Shown here: positions 1 to 10,976 of the stretch, one piece after another
Layout of the letters: each line of letters starts with the position of its first letter
Position numbering within the stretch: the stretch's first letter is position 1
From: Gammaproteobacteria bacterium
GTDB lineage: Bacteria; Pseudomonadota; Gammaproteobacteria; CAJXQU01
Length of the DNA: 64,000 nucleotides
Assembly: GCA_965238175.1 (NCBI GenBank)
Contig: CBDEGZ010000003.1
Location: 544,001 to 608,000 of the forward strand
Reading direction: 5' to 3'
Translations under genes and position numbers: made by a program
Notes under the pieces: generated by a model
The model's input: only the letters and a program-made list of their open reading frames with translations
Databases searched by the model: none
Told to the model about the DNA's origin: nothing

Positions 1-90
1 ATGATGGCCAGCTGTATAGCACCACTGATCTTCCAAACTGTGAGTGTGTTAGTATTTTCTAATTAAAAAAATAACAATAAAGGATAGAAT

Positions 91-402
91 ATGAGTTTCG
101 ATCAATACGAGCGCGTGAGTAAGAACCCCAAGTTTCAGGAGTTGGTCAAAAAACGCTCGCGGTTAGCCTGGTGCTTATCTTCCATCATTTTAGTGATGTA
201 CTTTTCATTTATTCTCTCCATTGCATTTGTACCGGAATTTCTTGGAATCCCAATTAATGAAAATAGTTTGATCACTATCGGAATACCAATTGGTGTTTTT
301 ATCATTTTTATCTCCTTCGTTTTGACCGGCATTTACGTCAGGAAAGCCAATAGCGAATTTGATCTTCTCAATCAGAAAATTATTGATGAGGCGCAAGAAT
401 GA
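91..402 (+). CDS. yjcH: DUF485 inner membrane protein (YjcH-like), ActP partner
   Basis: 103 aa with two TM segments; [13 protein letters not shown] and [10 protein letters not shown] motifs; overlaps the actP start. Confidence 0.9.
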   Translation: MSFDQYERVSKNPKFQELVKKRSRLAWCLSSIILVMYFSFILSIAFVPEFLGIPINENSLITIGIPIGVFIIFISFVLTGIYVRKANSEFDLLNQKIIDEAQE

Positions 403-2051
403 GAACTTTATTTTTACTCATCGGCAGCCTATTTTCATCACTCGCATGGTGCACTGATACAATTCAAGGAGAAGTAGAAAAACAACCACTAAATATCTCT
501 GCAGTGATTATGTTTTTGATCTTCGTTACCGGAACATTGGGTATTACTTATTGGGCGGCAAAACGTAACAAGACGGTCGCCGATCATTACACCGCAGGCG
601 GCGGCATTACTGGGCTACAAAATGGCCTGGCCATCGCAGGCGACTATATGTCAGCCGCATCTTTTCTAGGAATTTCAGGACTGGTTTATTTATCCGGTTA
701 TGACGGCTTACTGTATTCGATTGGTTTTTTAATTGGCTGGCCGTTGATCTTATTTTTGATCGCGGAAAGATTGCGTAACCTCGGTAAATACACTTTTGCC
801 GATGTAGCGTCTTATCGTCTTGGCCAGATACAAATTCGTTCTCTGGCAGCCTTTGGATCACTCGCGGTAGTATCGCTTTATTTGATCGCACAAATGGTTG
901 GCGCAGGAAAACTGATCCAGCTCTTATTCGGTTTACCTTACGAGATCGCCGTGATCCTGGTTGGAATTTTAATGATTTTATACGTCACCTTCGGCGGCAT
1001 GCTCGCCACGACCTGGGTGCAAATCATCAAAGCCATTTTGCTTTTATCCGGCGCTAGTTTTATGGCGTTTATGGTGTTGAAACATGTCAATTTTAATATT
1101 AACGAACTCTTTCAGCTAGCGGTTGATGCGCATCCAAAAGGCTTGGCGATTATGTCACCCGGTGGTCTGGTTTCTGATCCTGTCTCGGCGATTTCTTTGG
1201 GAATTGCTTTAATCTTTGGAACGGCAGGTTTACCACATATCCTGATGCGATTCTTTACCGTTGCTGATGCGAAAGAGGCTCGTAAGTCGGTTTTTTACGC
1301 AACAGGATTTATTGGTTATTTTTATATTCTTACCTTTATAATTGGTTTTGGTGCGATTGTATTAGTGCTCACAAATCCTGAATTTTTGGAAGCAGGTGGT
1401 AAATTGATCGGTGGAAATAATATGGCTGCGATCCATCTGTCCAAAGCAATCGGCGGGGATCTTTTTCTCGGGTTTATTTCTGCAGTGGCCTTTGCCACCA
1501 TCCTGGCTGTTGTATCAGGATTAACGCTTGCAGGCGCATCGGCAATCTCACATGACCTGTATGCTTGCGTGATCAAAAAAGGTCAAGTCACTGGTCATGA
1601 TGAAATTCGGGTTTCAAAGATAGCGACAGTCATCATCGGCATTGTTGCGATTATGTTGGGTATATTATTTGAACAACAGAACGTTGCTTATATGGTTGGG
1701 CTAGCCTTTGCAATTGCTGCCAGCGCAAATTTTCCGGTACTTTTTTTATCTATGTATTGGAAAAAGCTTACCACCCGCGGTGCCTTTATTGGTGGTTTTG
1801 CCGGCCTGCTAACCGCAATTATTCTAGTCATCATTGGCCCAATTGTCTGGGTTCAGATCCTCGGAAATGAGTCTGCTATTTTCCCTTATAAATACCCTGC
1901 CTTGTTTTCTGTCGGCACAGCATTCTTTTTAATTTGGTTCTTCTCAGTCACAGACAATAGCGAAAATGCCAAAAAAGAACGCATACTTTTTGATCATCAA
2001 TATATTCGTTCACAAACGGGTATCGGCGCCCATGGAGTCAGCGAGCACTAA
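399..2051 (+). CDS. actP: Cation/acetate symporter (sodium:solute symporter family)
   Basis: [17 protein letters not shown] and [15 protein letters not shown] motifs; paired with DUF485. Confidence 0.93.
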   Translation: MRTLFLLIGSLFSSLAWCTDTIQGEVEKQPLNISAVIMFLIFVTGTLGITYWAAKRNKTVADHYTAGGGITGLQNGLAIAGDYMSAASFLGISGLVYLSGYDGLLYSIGFLIGWPLILFLIAERLRNLGKYTFADVASYRLGQIQIRSLAAFGSLAVVSLYLIAQMVGAGKLIQLLFGLPYEIAVILVGILMILYVTFGGMLATTWVQIIKAILLLSGASFMAFMVLKHVNFNINELFQLAVDAHPKGLAIMSPGGLVSDPVSAISLGIALIFGTAGLPHILMRFFTVADAKEARKSVFYATGFIGYFYILTFIIGFGAIVLVLTNPEFLEAGGKLIGGNNMAAIHLSKAIGGDLFLGFISAVAFATILAVVSGLTLAGASAISHDLYACVIKKGQVTGHDEIRVSKIATVIIGIVAIMLGILFEQQNVAYMVGLAFAIAASANFPVLFLSMYWKKLTTRGAFIGGFAGLLTAIILVIIGPIVWVQILGNESAIFPYKYPALFSVGTAFFLIWFFSVTDNSENAKKERILFDHQYIRSQTGIGAHGVSEH

Positions 2052-2097
2052 ACTCTAAGCAAATAAAGAACAATCTCACTTACTGAATCAGGTAAAT

Positions 2098-2112
2098 TGG
2101 CACGCTTTTCGT
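2098..2112 (+). promoter_or_regulatory. Possible sigma-54 (-24/-12) promoter upstream of gdh
   Basis: TGGCACGCTTTTCGT has a perfect -24 box and correct spacing, but -12 is GT rather than GC. Confidence 0.3.
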
Positions 2113-2169
2113 ATAGGTCTAGTTCATTCACTAAGAAGCATACGGACAAATTATAATAAAGGCGGCTCC

Positions 2170-5094
2170 ATGTTAGAAACCACTGAACCAAACCTTTCTG
2201 AAGAAGATACATTTACTAAAGATTTATTAATGGCAAATCTCGAAAGTGCTGTTAGTCGAATTTTGCCCCGTTTTCAAAAGGAGATGCCTGAAGACTACTT
2301 CCATGCAGTTGATGAGGCTGATCAAATTGCACATATGAGTACACTGGCGACCAGTGGCCTTGCTGGAATTGAGCATAACCTGGTGTTAACAAGTGATTTT
2401 GGCCAATGTTATACCTTCATTAATCATAAGAATTACCACGGTCTCTTAAGCGAGTTGATCCACCAATTACCGAAAGATAAATCGCTACAATCTGCAAAGA
2501 TCTTCACCTCAAAAACAGGTGACGTGGTGATCGATATTTTCGACTTTTCACCACAACTTATATTTGAAACAAATAATCCCGATAACCATCAACGTCTCGA
2601 TCAATTAGTTGACTCCATCACCGAATATGAGCCTGATCTTGCGATGGAAGATCTAATCAAACTACTACATACCTGTTCTGAAGATTATGTAATGACAACG
2701 AGTGATCGACGACTTTGCCAACACTTTAGAATGATCCAACGTTTGTGGGGAACAGATGACGTAAAACTCGAAACACTGGCACATTCGAGAGAGGGGCTTA
2801 CCGATATTACGATTGGATTTGGTAATGGTGATACCAGAGAAGTTTTCGAACGTTTCTGCGCTTATCTTGGTCGACACAACATCAATATTCATCGTGCACA
2901 TTTTGAGACTTTCTTAAATGAACAAAATGAACGCGTTTCTCTTATTGGATTTCTGATTTCAGATGAGCACAAAGATAATATTGATCTAGACTGCCCAGAG
3001 TGGCAGCTCCACCTTAAATATTTGCAACAACTGCCTGCTTTAAACGATGATGCATTAACCTTGTACTTTGAAAATAATGATTGGTGTCTGCGCCATGCCG
3101 AGCTGCTTTATGCGATGGCTAGATTAGTTCAACAACGTTTATGCAAAATTGATCTTCATCAATTTTCTTTTGAGCGCATTTGCCAAGCATTCATTAAACA
3201 TCACAAATTATCACGTACAATTTTTGATTATTTATTGAAAAAATTTAAACCAGCAAAGTCCTCATTTATAGAAAAGAAAACATTACTTGTAGATAAAGAT
3301 TTAATTAACTTATCGGAAAGTGATATTGAAATCATACGTACTCTTGAACAAGCTGCACATTGTATTTTAAAAACCAATGTGCATTTTAGTTCTCGCTATG
3401 CGCTTGCCTTTCGTATTGATCCAAACTTTTTACAAGTTGCGGAACGAAACATTTTACCTCATGGCGTGTTTTTTATACATGGCAAAAATTTCATGGGATC
3501 TCATGTGCGATTCCGAGACATTGCTCGTGGTGGAATGCGTATTGTGCGACCACGAAATTTTGATGACTATCTGCATGAATCGGTCCGTTTGTATGATGAG
3601 AATTATGCTCTCGCCTATGCACAGCAGTTAAAAAATAAAGATATCCCAGAGGGTGGATCAAAAGGAGTATTACTGACTACACCCAATAGCGATCATGAAC
3701 AATCAGGTCGAGCCTACGCAAACAGTTTGCTTGATTTGATCTCCATCGATGAACAAACAAAATCGCAACTCGTCGATTATTATGGTAAAGAAGAACTACT
3801 CTATCTTGGTCCTGATGAAAATGTTTCTCCAACATTAATCGACTGGATCATTCAACGAGCACATTTTCGTCAATACCCAATGCCAAATACATTTATGAGT
3901 TCAAAATCTGCGACCGGAATTAATCATAAAATCTATGGTGTAACGAGTGAAGGTGTAACGGTATTTCTTGATGCTGCATTACGTCAAGATGGAATTGATC
4001 CTAGCCAAGATCAATTTACAATAAAAATTACCGGCGGACCCGATGGCGATGTTGCTGGAAATGAAATCCTGATCCTTGATCGTGAATATGGCGAGAATGC
4101 AAAAATAATTGGTATTGCCGACGGCAGTGGTACCGCAGAAGATCCGGGTGGTCTGGATCATCAAGAATTGATCCGTTTAGTTAAAACCAATTCACCTATT
4201 ATAGATTTTGATCCATCTAAACTTAGTGCCAAAGGTCATATTATAAATGTCGATACACCGGAAGGTATCCATGCAAGAAATACTATGCATTTCCGTCTAG
4301 TTGCCGACACATTTATTCCAGCAGGAGGCAGGCCGCAAGCGATTAATGGATCAAACTGGGAGCGATTTTTGCAGAAAGACGGTACGCCTACTAGCAAAAT
4401 TATTGTCGAAGGTGCAAACCTTTTTATTACTGACGAAGCCAGGAAAAAACTTTCAGAAACCGGTGTAATGATCATAAAAGATAGCTCGGCAAATAAATGT
4501 GGCGTGATCTGCTCCAGCCTCGAAATTCTTGCTGGTATGCTTGTTACAGAATCAAAGTTTGCTGAGATAAAATCACAGTACATAGAACAAATATTGTCTC
4601 GTTTACGCGCACTCGCAAAGTTGGAAGCAAGTGCACTTTTCCGTAGTCACATCCATCACCCACATTTAACGTTACCTGAATTGAGTATGGAATTGAGTAT
4701 TCAAATCAATCGTCTGCATGATGCGATTGCAGGATTAATTACAACGCCAACGCTAAAAGACCAACAACGAATGCATGCCTTGGTAGAACAGTATATTCCA
4801 GAAGTTTTATCAGGACTGGCAGGCCCAAAAGTTGTAAACAAAATACCCGTCATTTATACGCAACAAATCGTTGCTTCTGTTTTGGCTAGTCAAATTGTCT
4901 ATAACGAGGGTATTGATTATTGTCGTTATATGAATGAGGAAAATATGGCAGAGCTGGCACTCAAATACTTACATCATAAGGAAGACTTATCAGAATTAAT
5001 TGAGGCAATAAAAACGAATGATTTTGATCAAAAAGATCGAATGATAGCCTTGCTCAAAGCGGGTGGATCGAGCGCAGCAATAAAGCTTGACTAA
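2170..5094 (+). CDS. Large (~110 kDa) NAD-specific glutamate dehydrogenase
   Basis: HVRFRDIARGGMRIV, QQLKNKDIPEGGSKG, YLGPDEN, GGPDGDV, IVEGANLF and KDSSANKCGV motifs. Confidence 0.88.
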   Translation: MLETTEPNLSEEDTFTKDLLMANLESAVSRILPRFQKEMPEDYFHAVDEADQIAHMSTLATSGLAGIEHNLVLTSDFGQCYTFINHKNYHGLLSELIHQLPKDKSLQSAKIFTSKTGDVVIDIFDFSPQLIFETNNPDNHQRLDQLVDSITEYEPDLAMEDLIKLLHTCSEDYVMTTSDRRLCQHFRMIQRLWGTDDVKLETLAHSREGLTDITIGFGNGDTREVFERFCAYLGRHNINIHRAHFETFLNEQNERVSLIGFLISDEHKDNIDLDCPEWQLHLKYLQQLPALNDDALTLYFENNDWCLRHAELLYAMARLVQQRLCKIDLHQFSFERICQAFIKHHKLSRTIFDYLLKKFKPAKSSFIEKKTLLVDKDLINLSESDIEIIRTLEQAAHCILKTNVHFSSRYALAFRIDPNFLQVAERNILPHGVFFIHGKNFMGSHVRFRDIARGGMRIVRPRNFDDYLHESVRLYDENYALAYAQQLKNKDIPEGGSKGVLLTTPNSDHEQSGRAYANSLLDLISIDEQTKSQLVDYYGKEELLYLGPDENVSPTLIDWIIQRAHFRQYPMPNTFMSSKSATGINHKIYGVTSEGVTVFLDAALRQDGIDPSQDQFTIKITGGPDGDVAGNEILILDREYGENAKIIGIADGSGTAEDPGGLDHQELIRLVKTNSPIIDFDPSKLSAKGHIINVDTPEGIHARNTMHFRLVADTFIPAGGRPQAINGSNWERFLQKDGTPTSKIIVEGANLFITDEARKKLSETGVMIIKDSSANKCGVICSSLEILAGMLVTESKFAEIKSQYIEQILSRLRALAKLEASALFRSHIHHPHLTLPELSMELSIQINRLHDAIAGLITTPTLKDQQRMHALVEQYIPEVLSGLAGPKVVNKIPVIYTQQIVASVLASQIVYNEGIDYCRYMNEENMAELALKYLHHKEDLSELIEAIKTNDFDQKDRMIALLKAGGSSAAIKLD

Positions 5095-5149
5095 TTTAAT
5101 GATGATGCTGATTAAAATTGCTAGTTAACAGTGATTTTAAAACAAAAAA

Positions 5150-6139
5150 CTAATCCCAAACAAGAGGCGCTTCATCCATCATTGCCGCTTGCTCTCGTAG
5201 TGAAAGAATATGTTCTTCCCAATAATTATCGGAATTAAACCAGGGAAATGCTTGCGGAAAAGCTGGGTCATCCCATCGCTTCGCTATCCAATAGGCATGA
5301 TGCATAATTCGCATTGTTCGCAATGCTTCAACGAGATTTAATTCTGCGCTATTAAATTCATAAAAATCTTCATATCCAATTAATAGATCTCCCAACCTTG
5401 CCGTCATATATTGACGATCACCAGATAAAAACATCCATAAATCTTGGATCACCGGTCCCATTCTCGCATCATCGAAATCGACGATATGTGGCCCATCACC
5501 TGTCCAAAGAATATTGCCCGGATGAAAATCACAATGCAATCTAAGTGTTTCAACATCACCAGCACGATTAAAACAGTTTTTTATTCTTTTGATTACATCG
5601 TCAGACAGACTTGCATAAGCCTTTTCAAGATGAACTGGAATAAAATTGTTATTGATCAAAAATTTTCTTGGTGTGATCGCATAATTCTGAATATTGATAC
5701 TCGGTCGATGCTCAAATTTCTGCGTTGCTCCTAGTGCATGAATTCGCGCAATAAACCTGCCCATTTGTTCAAGATGATCTGGATTATCCAACTCAGGGGC
5801 GCGGCCGCCACGCCGCTGGTAGATCGAAAAACGAAATGGGCCATACTGATGCAATGTTTTACCGTTATGAATAATCGGTGGGATCACCGGAATTTCTGCG
5901 GCGTTTAAAGCAAGTGTATATTCATGTTCTTCGAGAATCGCATCATCACTCCAACGCTGAGGACGGTAAAACTTTACGATTATTGGTTCGGCATCTTCTA
6001 AACCAATTTGATAAACACGGTTTTCATAACTATTGAGCGCTAATTGTCTTCCATCTGTTATTAATCCGATGGAATCTATCGCATCAAGAATTTCGTCGGG
6101 ACTAAGATTTTTGAAGGCTTCGGAAGCATCGTAATCCAT
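5150..6139 (-). CDS. srkA: Stress response Ser/Thr kinase (RdoA/YihE)
   Basis: LNSYENRVY, KFYRPQRWS, LHCDFHPGN, VDFDD and RWDDPAFP motifs. Confidence 0.93.
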   Translation of the reverse strand: MDYDASEAFKNLSPDEILDAIDSIGLITDGRQLALNSYENRVYQIGLEDAEPIIVKFYRPQRWSDDAILEEHEYTLALNAAEIPVIPPIIHNGKTLHQYGPFRFSIYQRRGGRAPELDNPDHLEQMGRFIARIHALGATQKFEHRPSINIQNYAITPRKFLINNNFIPVHLEKAYASLSDDVIKRIKNCFNRAGDVETLRLHCDFHPGNILWTGDGPHIVDFDDARMGPVIQDLWMFLSGDRQYMTARLGDLLIGYEDFYEFNSAELNLVEALRTMRIMHHAYWIAKRWDDPAFPQAFPWFNSDNYWEEHILSLREQAAMMDEAPLVWD

Positions 6140-6864
6140 TATTCAGTTTGTTCTTTTGATCGCACCATGGCTACCAGTCGAGCGCGAACTTCTTCAGCAG
6201 TCTGTGCAGGCTCTGAAAAAGTCAACCTGACAATTTTTTCACCAAGGCGTAGATGGAACCCTTCTTCATCGATCCCGGCCATTTCAGGATCATGATCTCC
6301 AATTTCTATCTCTGCGTCGGCGCAATATTTTTTCATTGCATCAGCATGATCTTCATTCATATGTGTGATCATGCCCGCTTCTTGCTCTGCGGAGAAAGGA
6401 ATAGCTTTGAGTAATTTCTGAGATTCAATCCAATGGATCTTACCAAAGCCACCTATAAAGCGAGCTCGTACCACTTCGAGACGATAAAAATTAAAATCAT
6501 GTGTTTTATGATATCCACGTGACTGGGGGAAAAATTCGTAATAACGCTGGCCAGCCTGTTCTAAATCTTCTCCATCTAGCGGTTGGGCATCTGCAATCAA
6601 TGTCAGTCTTGCACCCGTTTGCACATCAACAACATCCTTTTCAGTTGTGATCAATGACATTTTAGGATTGGCTAAAATATTTTTTGTATGCTGTGCAATC
6701 GTACTGATCAAAATTATTGGCTGTCCAGTTTGATCCAGACAGTAAGGCACGATGGATCCAAATGGATAGCCTGGCATATCGACCGAGTGAGTAGATAAAA
6801 TTCCTTCAACATTTTCTAAAAGTAAGGCGCGAGCCTCAGTGCTAGCTTTCATAATTTTGATCAA
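6139..6864 (-). CDS. HugZ-family split-barrel heme-utilisation protein with DUF2470 domain
   Basis: GYPFGS, ISTIAQHTKN, RFIGGFGKIHW and HMNEDHAD motifs. Confidence 0.85.
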   Translation of the reverse strand: MIKIMKASTEARALLLENVEGILSTHSVDMPGYPFGSIVPYCLDQTGQPIILISTIAQHTKNILANPKMSLITTEKDVVDVQTGARLTLIADAQPLDGEDLEQAGQRYYEFFPQSRGYHKTHDFNFYRLEVVRARFIGGFGKIHWIESQKLLKAIPFSAEQEAGMITHMNEDHADAMKKYCADAEIEIGDHDPEMAGIDEEGFHLRLGEKIVRLTFSEPAQTAEEVRARLVAMVRSKEQTE

Positions 6865-7343
6865 TCTCTGAAGTTAGTAAATTGTACAGGTTGCTCTAAC
6901 TTTTCTTCTCGTAACGTTGCCATTACTGCCTGTAAATCATCACGCTTTTTGCCGGTAACACGAACTTGTTCACCTTGAATGGCAGTTTGTACTTTGAGTT
7001 TTTTATCTTTGATCAATTTTACGATCTTACGTGCCATATCGGAGTTAATACCATGCTTGGCTGTTGCCGTCATGCGCACCCCTTTTCCTAACTTCGTGAT
7101 CTCGCCAAGATCAAGACAACTACTATCCAGTTTCCGACTGATCATTTTTACCTGTAAAATATCTACAACCTGTTTGATCTGAAAGTCGGCTTCGGCACTT
7201 AGCGTTAATTCCCTCTCGTTTTGTTCAACTTTAGTGTCCGTTCCTTTAAAATCGAAACGATTTGTGATCTCTCTATTGGCTTGATCAACAGCATTAGTTA
7301 ACTCGTGCTGATCAACTTCAGAAACAATATCGAATGATGGCAT
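6861..7343 (-). CDS. yajQ: YajQ nucleotide/c-di-GMP-binding protein
   Basis: Start reset to the MPSFDIVSEVD Met at 7343; RVTGKKRDDLQ and QFTNFRD motifs. Confidence 0.95.
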   Translation of the reverse strand: MPSFDIVSEVDQHELTNAVDQANREITNRFDFKGTDTKVEQNERELTLSAEADFQIKQVVDILQVKMISRKLDSSCLDLGEITKLGKGVRMTATAKHGINSDMARKIVKLIKDKKLKVQTAIQGEQVRVTGKKRDDLQAVMATLREEKLEQPVQFTNFRD

Positions 7344-7386
7344 GTATGCCTCCCACTTTTGCTTAATATTCAAATTCTATTTCGAT

Positions 7387-7410
7387 GTCGGCTTACGCTA
7401 AACCGATCTA
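7387..7410. repeat. Degenerate GTAG-family REP half-element
   Basis: TGTCGGCTTACGCTAAACCGATCTAC resembles the REP at 54289-54320. Confidence 0.45.
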
Positions 7411-7504
7411 CAAATTTGATGTTTGGTAAAATGTTTGCGCACTGAGAAATTTTATTTAAATCCTTTCATTGTGAATTTATTTTTATTCTTAATAACCATC
7501 CTTA

Positions 7505-7692
7505 GTGTATCTCTCCGACCCGGCATCCATATTAGGCGTGCGGAATAATTATTGTCCAATGATATTTTATTCGTTCAAATTAATTACCAAATATGAGCTT
7601 TTATTTCTAAACCTTCCTTGGTGGATCTCTCCGGCCCGACATCCATGTCGGGCGTTCGAAAAAAATAATGTCCACTGGACATTATTTTTTTC
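7505..7692. repeat. Two diverged ~70-bp direct repeats of a double-hairpin element
   Basis: Copies at 7505-7575 and 7621-7692 both start GTG(T/G)ATCTCTCCG; the second has perfect hairpins GCCCGACATCCATGTCGGGC and GAAAAAAATAATGTCCACTGGACATTATTTTTTTC. Confidence 0.65.
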
Positions 7693-8670
7693 TCACCCCT
7701 GTTCCAATAAATTTCTTAGATCAATAACGGCAGAATTTGCGCGAGAAAGATAAGATGCCATTACCAAAGAATAATTTGCAGTAAAACCAAAACCGGTTCC
7801 ATTTAAAACCACTGGACTCCAAGTGAAATCCTGAGTCGCTTCTAACTCTCGAATAATTTGACGCATACTCACCACGGCATTTTTCTTTTGTAAGACCTGA
7901 TTAAAATCAATTTCCATTGCATGCATCAAATGCGCTAACGCCCAGGCTGTGCCACGTGCTTCATAGAAAACATCATCAATTTCTAACCATGGGGTTTTGA
8001 TCTCTTGCATCATTGAAGAAGGCGTTGCTTGTGACGCTTCAGACTCACCTTGTAGATCGGTATTAATTCTAACTTGGCCGACACTTGCACTTAATCGTTG
8101 TGACAAGCTCCCTAGGCGTTTTTCGACTAAAGACAACCATTCACGCAAATTATCAGAGCGTGCATAAAATTGTGCGTCTTGATCATCCGAGTCTTGTAGT
8201 CTCGAAAGATATTTTTTAAGTGATTTAAGACCACTTTTATATTCTGTTTCAGTGGCAGGTAGCATCCACGATTCACTATCAAAATGCAGCTGCGGTTCTG
8301 CATCCATTAGATCTTTATCTTCGGTGGAGGTCGTTTGTGAACGACTAAGGTCATTTCGAAGTACACGAGCCATATCACGCACTTGCACCAGTACACCAAA
8401 TTCCCAGTTGGGGATATTATCCATAAAAAAGCCAGGTGACAGGATGTCATTGCTTAAATATCCACCACGTTTATTAAGCAAGGTTTCCGTTACTTCTATT
8501 AAAGTCGAAGTCGTTGTATAGCCAGTAACCGCTTTTTCTTGATCTGATCCCAAACGTGCAATCACTGCTTCTCGCACATCAAATGCATCTGGCTCAGTGT
8601 CCCAATAAAATATCATAACTAATATAAGAACGAGGAAAAGCCCGACGCCAATACCAATATATTTTTGCAT
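7693..8670 (-). CDS. DUF2333 family protein
   Basis: N-terminal TM; GGYLSND, DNIPNWEFG and IDDVFYEARG motifs. Confidence 0.88.
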   Translation of the reverse strand: MQKYIGIGVGLFLVLILVMIFYWDTEPDAFDVREAVIARLGSDQEKAVTGYTTTSTLIEVTETLLNKRGGYLSNDILSPGFFMDNIPNWEFGVLVQVRDMARVLRNDLSRSQTTSTEDKDLMDAEPQLHFDSESWMLPATETEYKSGLKSLKKYLSRLQDSDDQDAQFYARSDNLREWLSLVEKRLGSLSQRLSASVGQVRINTDLQGESEASQATPSSMMQEIKTPWLEIDDVFYEARGTAWALAHLMHAMEIDFNQVLQKKNAVVSMRQIIRELEATQDFTWSPVVLNGTGFGFTANYSLVMASYLSRANSAVIDLRNLLEQG

Positions 8671-8755
8671 ATGAAAATACCCGATTAATTTATACTGATG
8701 AGGCTAAGGTAATTCAGTCGTTTGGGCAAGTGAGATGATGGTGAGTTTCTGTGGA

Positions 8756-9064
8756 TTATTTGATCGCGGTATTGATCGTATCGGTATTTCCCAGGTTATC
8801 GAGCCAAGTTAGGGCTAAAACATCTCCAGGTTGAGCCTCTTCCACATGAAAGGAGAAGAACGGGTTAGTCGAAATACCGGTGCCGACATAAGCACTCATC
8901 ACCAATTTATCATTCAATTTGCAGCTTACTTCTCGAATATGATGGATCGGTAGAATGTTTTGCGTTTTTGGATCTTTACGTCGCCCAGTTTCCATAGAAT
9001 GTCGAATGATGACGCCCACAGTTGTGATGCCATTTTCAGTTTTTGTACGAATTTTAATCGTCAT
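8756..9064 (-). CDS. soxZ: SoxZ-like sulfur carrier subunit
   Basis: HSMETGRRKD, GISTNPFFSF and WLDNLG motifs; adjacent to soxY. Confidence 0.85.
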   Translation of the reverse strand: MTIKIRTKTENGITTVGVIIRHSMETGRRKDPKTQNILPIHHIREVSCKLNDKLVMSAYVGTGISTNPFFSFHVEEAQPGDVLALTWLDNLGNTDTINTAIK

Positions 9065-9075
9065 GCTGAATCCTA

Positions 9076-9534
9076 TTATTCACAACCGCCTTTCAGCACT
9101 TCAATATATTTTTGATTAATATAGATTTCATCCTTTGTTTCGGCGACTACAATTACATTTGATGATTTTGCCAGTTTAATTCTGGTGCGTAAGAAATCAC
9201 CTTTACCTTTTCCATGAAATGAGAAGCGCGCCAGTAATGCGATTGGATTTTTTTCCGCAAGAAAACTGATCCTCTGAACATTCTCGATATCCGTTTTGAT
9301 CGTAACCGGAACAATTGCACCATTTTCTGCCCCGGGTGGCATTTCGATCACAACCTTGTCAGTTTTTTTGATCGGGCAATCACCGAATAATTCCTTCAAT
9401 ACGGCAGTGTGAGTTTCTTTTTCAAACGCCACTTTTGGCCATTTAGCCAAGACTTTTACAGGGAACAGTAGACTCGCTTTTAATAAGGCTGTAGAAGCAA
9501 TTATTGATCGGAGAAAATGGCGACGGGCATTCAT
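9076..9534 (-). CDS. soxY: SoxY-like sulfur carrier protein
   Basis: Tat-like RRHFL; AENGAIVPV, EKNP and TRIK motifs; C-terminal GGCE. Confidence 0.85.
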   Translation of the reverse strand: MNARRHFLRSIIASTALLKASLLFPVKVLAKWPKVAFEKETHTAVLKELFGDCPIKKTDKVVIEMPPGAENGAIVPVTIKTDIENVQRISFLAEKNPIALLARFSFHGKGKGDFLRTRIKLAKSSNVIVVAETKDEIYINQKYIEVLKGGCE

Positions 9535-10976
9535 TCTTTTAGGCGTTCTTCTTCTTCAAGCTCTTTTTCAAATTGTTTTAATCGCGCTTGTACTCGTTGT
9601 TTATGATAATAATCGAGATTTTTTGCTCTCTCTGCACTCCTTAATTGATCACTGGCTAGTTGAGTATTACCACTGAGGTAATGATACTCCGCTAAGGCTA
9701 AATGTGAATCAACCATTGATCCCGAACGCCCCTCCGCTTCCGCCAGAAGCTCGTAATATTTTCGATCGGTTCCATTCTGAATACCAAAATCTAGCAGTAA
9801 TCCTTTTGCAGTTTCTATTTGATTAACCTGTAATAATGTTTTAACAAATTTCATCACAACAGGCTTATAGTTTGGATACAACCTATTTAATTGACTATAA
9901 ATTTCCACCCCTTCTTTATAGTTACCAGAATCGCTCTCGAGTTCCGCAAAGGCAAGTAAATAACTGATATTATTCTTATCTTTGTTTAATAGCACTTGCA
10001 GTTGATGGCGGGCTTTTTTATATTTTCCATTACGGCTTAACGCGAGTGCGTAACCATAGGTTGTTGCATCCTTAGATCCATAACTTCCTTCTTTTAATGC
10101 CGTTTCGAAAATTTTTACGGCTTGTCTTGGACTTTGAGCCGCCAACACTCTAATTCTTGCTTTTGCTAATAGAAAAGCATTGCTATTTTTATGATTGCGA
10201 GGTGGATATAGTTTCAAACGATTCTTGGAATCAGCGATACGTGAAAATGTGACTGGATGAGTACGAAGGTATTCTGGAAAAAATCTTGGATCACTTAAAC
10301 GATTTGCCGTTTGCAAACGTTGAAAAAAATTTGGCATACCCTCAGGATCAAATTCTGCTCGATATAATAAAGCCATTCCAACACGATCCGCTTCTTGCTC
10401 ATTAGCACGTGTAAAATTGATTTGAGACTGGGCACCTCCAGCTTGTATTGCTGTCAATGCTGCTATTCCAGCATCCGGGTTTGCTATGCCGACTAATAAA
10501 GATCCAATCGTCGCAACCGCAAGCGGTAAACTCAATTGGCTAGCTCGTTCAAAACTTCTCGCTAAATGACGTTGAGTCACATGCGAAATTTCGTGAGCAA
10601 GTACACCGGCTAGTTCACTTTCATTTTGAGCACTTAAAATAATGCCCGCATTAACCCCAATAAAACCACCCGGTGCGGCGAATGCATTAATCTCCGCTGC
10701 TGCCACTGTAAAAAACGTAAATTCCTGTCCAGCGCCATCACTATTTACAACCAATCTACGCCCTATTGCATCGAGATATTCTTGTGTTTCGAGATCATCC
10801 AGAATAGCACCAAAGCTTTGTAACCGTCGAAAAAATGCCGCTCCCAGTTGACGCTCTTTTTCCGGTGAAATAATAGTGGCAGTAGAATCACCGAAATCGG
10901 GTAATTCAAAAGCTGTTGCTGCCCAAACAAAGGTTGCAAACAGGCAACCTAGCAAGGTAGATAGTTGTTTTTGCAA
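9531..10976 (-). CDS. bepA: M48 metalloprotease/chaperone with TPRs (BepA/YfgC)
   Basis: INAFAAPGG, HEISH, NEQEADR and YLRTHP motifs; signal peptide. Confidence 0.9.
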   Translation of the reverse strand: MQKQLSTLLGCLFATFVWAATAFELPDFGDSTATIISPEKERQLGAAFFRRLQSFGAILDDLETQEYLDAIGRRLVVNSDGAGQEFTFFTVAAAEINAFAAPGGFIGVNAGIILSAQNESELAGVLAHEISHVTQRHLARSFERASQLSLPLAVATIGSLLVGIANPDAGIAALTAIQAGGAQSQINFTRANEQEADRVGMALLYRAEFDPEGMPNFFQRLQTANRLSDPRFFPEYLRTHPVTFSRIADSKNRLKLYPPRNHKNSNAFLLAKARIRVLAAQSPRQAVKIFETALKEGSYGSKDATTYGYALALSRNGKYKKARHQLQVLLNKDKNNISYLLAFAELESDSGNYKEGVEIYSQLNRLYPNYKPVVMKFVKTLLQVNQIETAKGLLLDFGIQNGTDRKYYELLAEAEGRSGSMVDSHLALAEYHYLSGNTQLASDQLRSAERAKNLDYYHKQRVQARLKQFEKELEEEERLKE

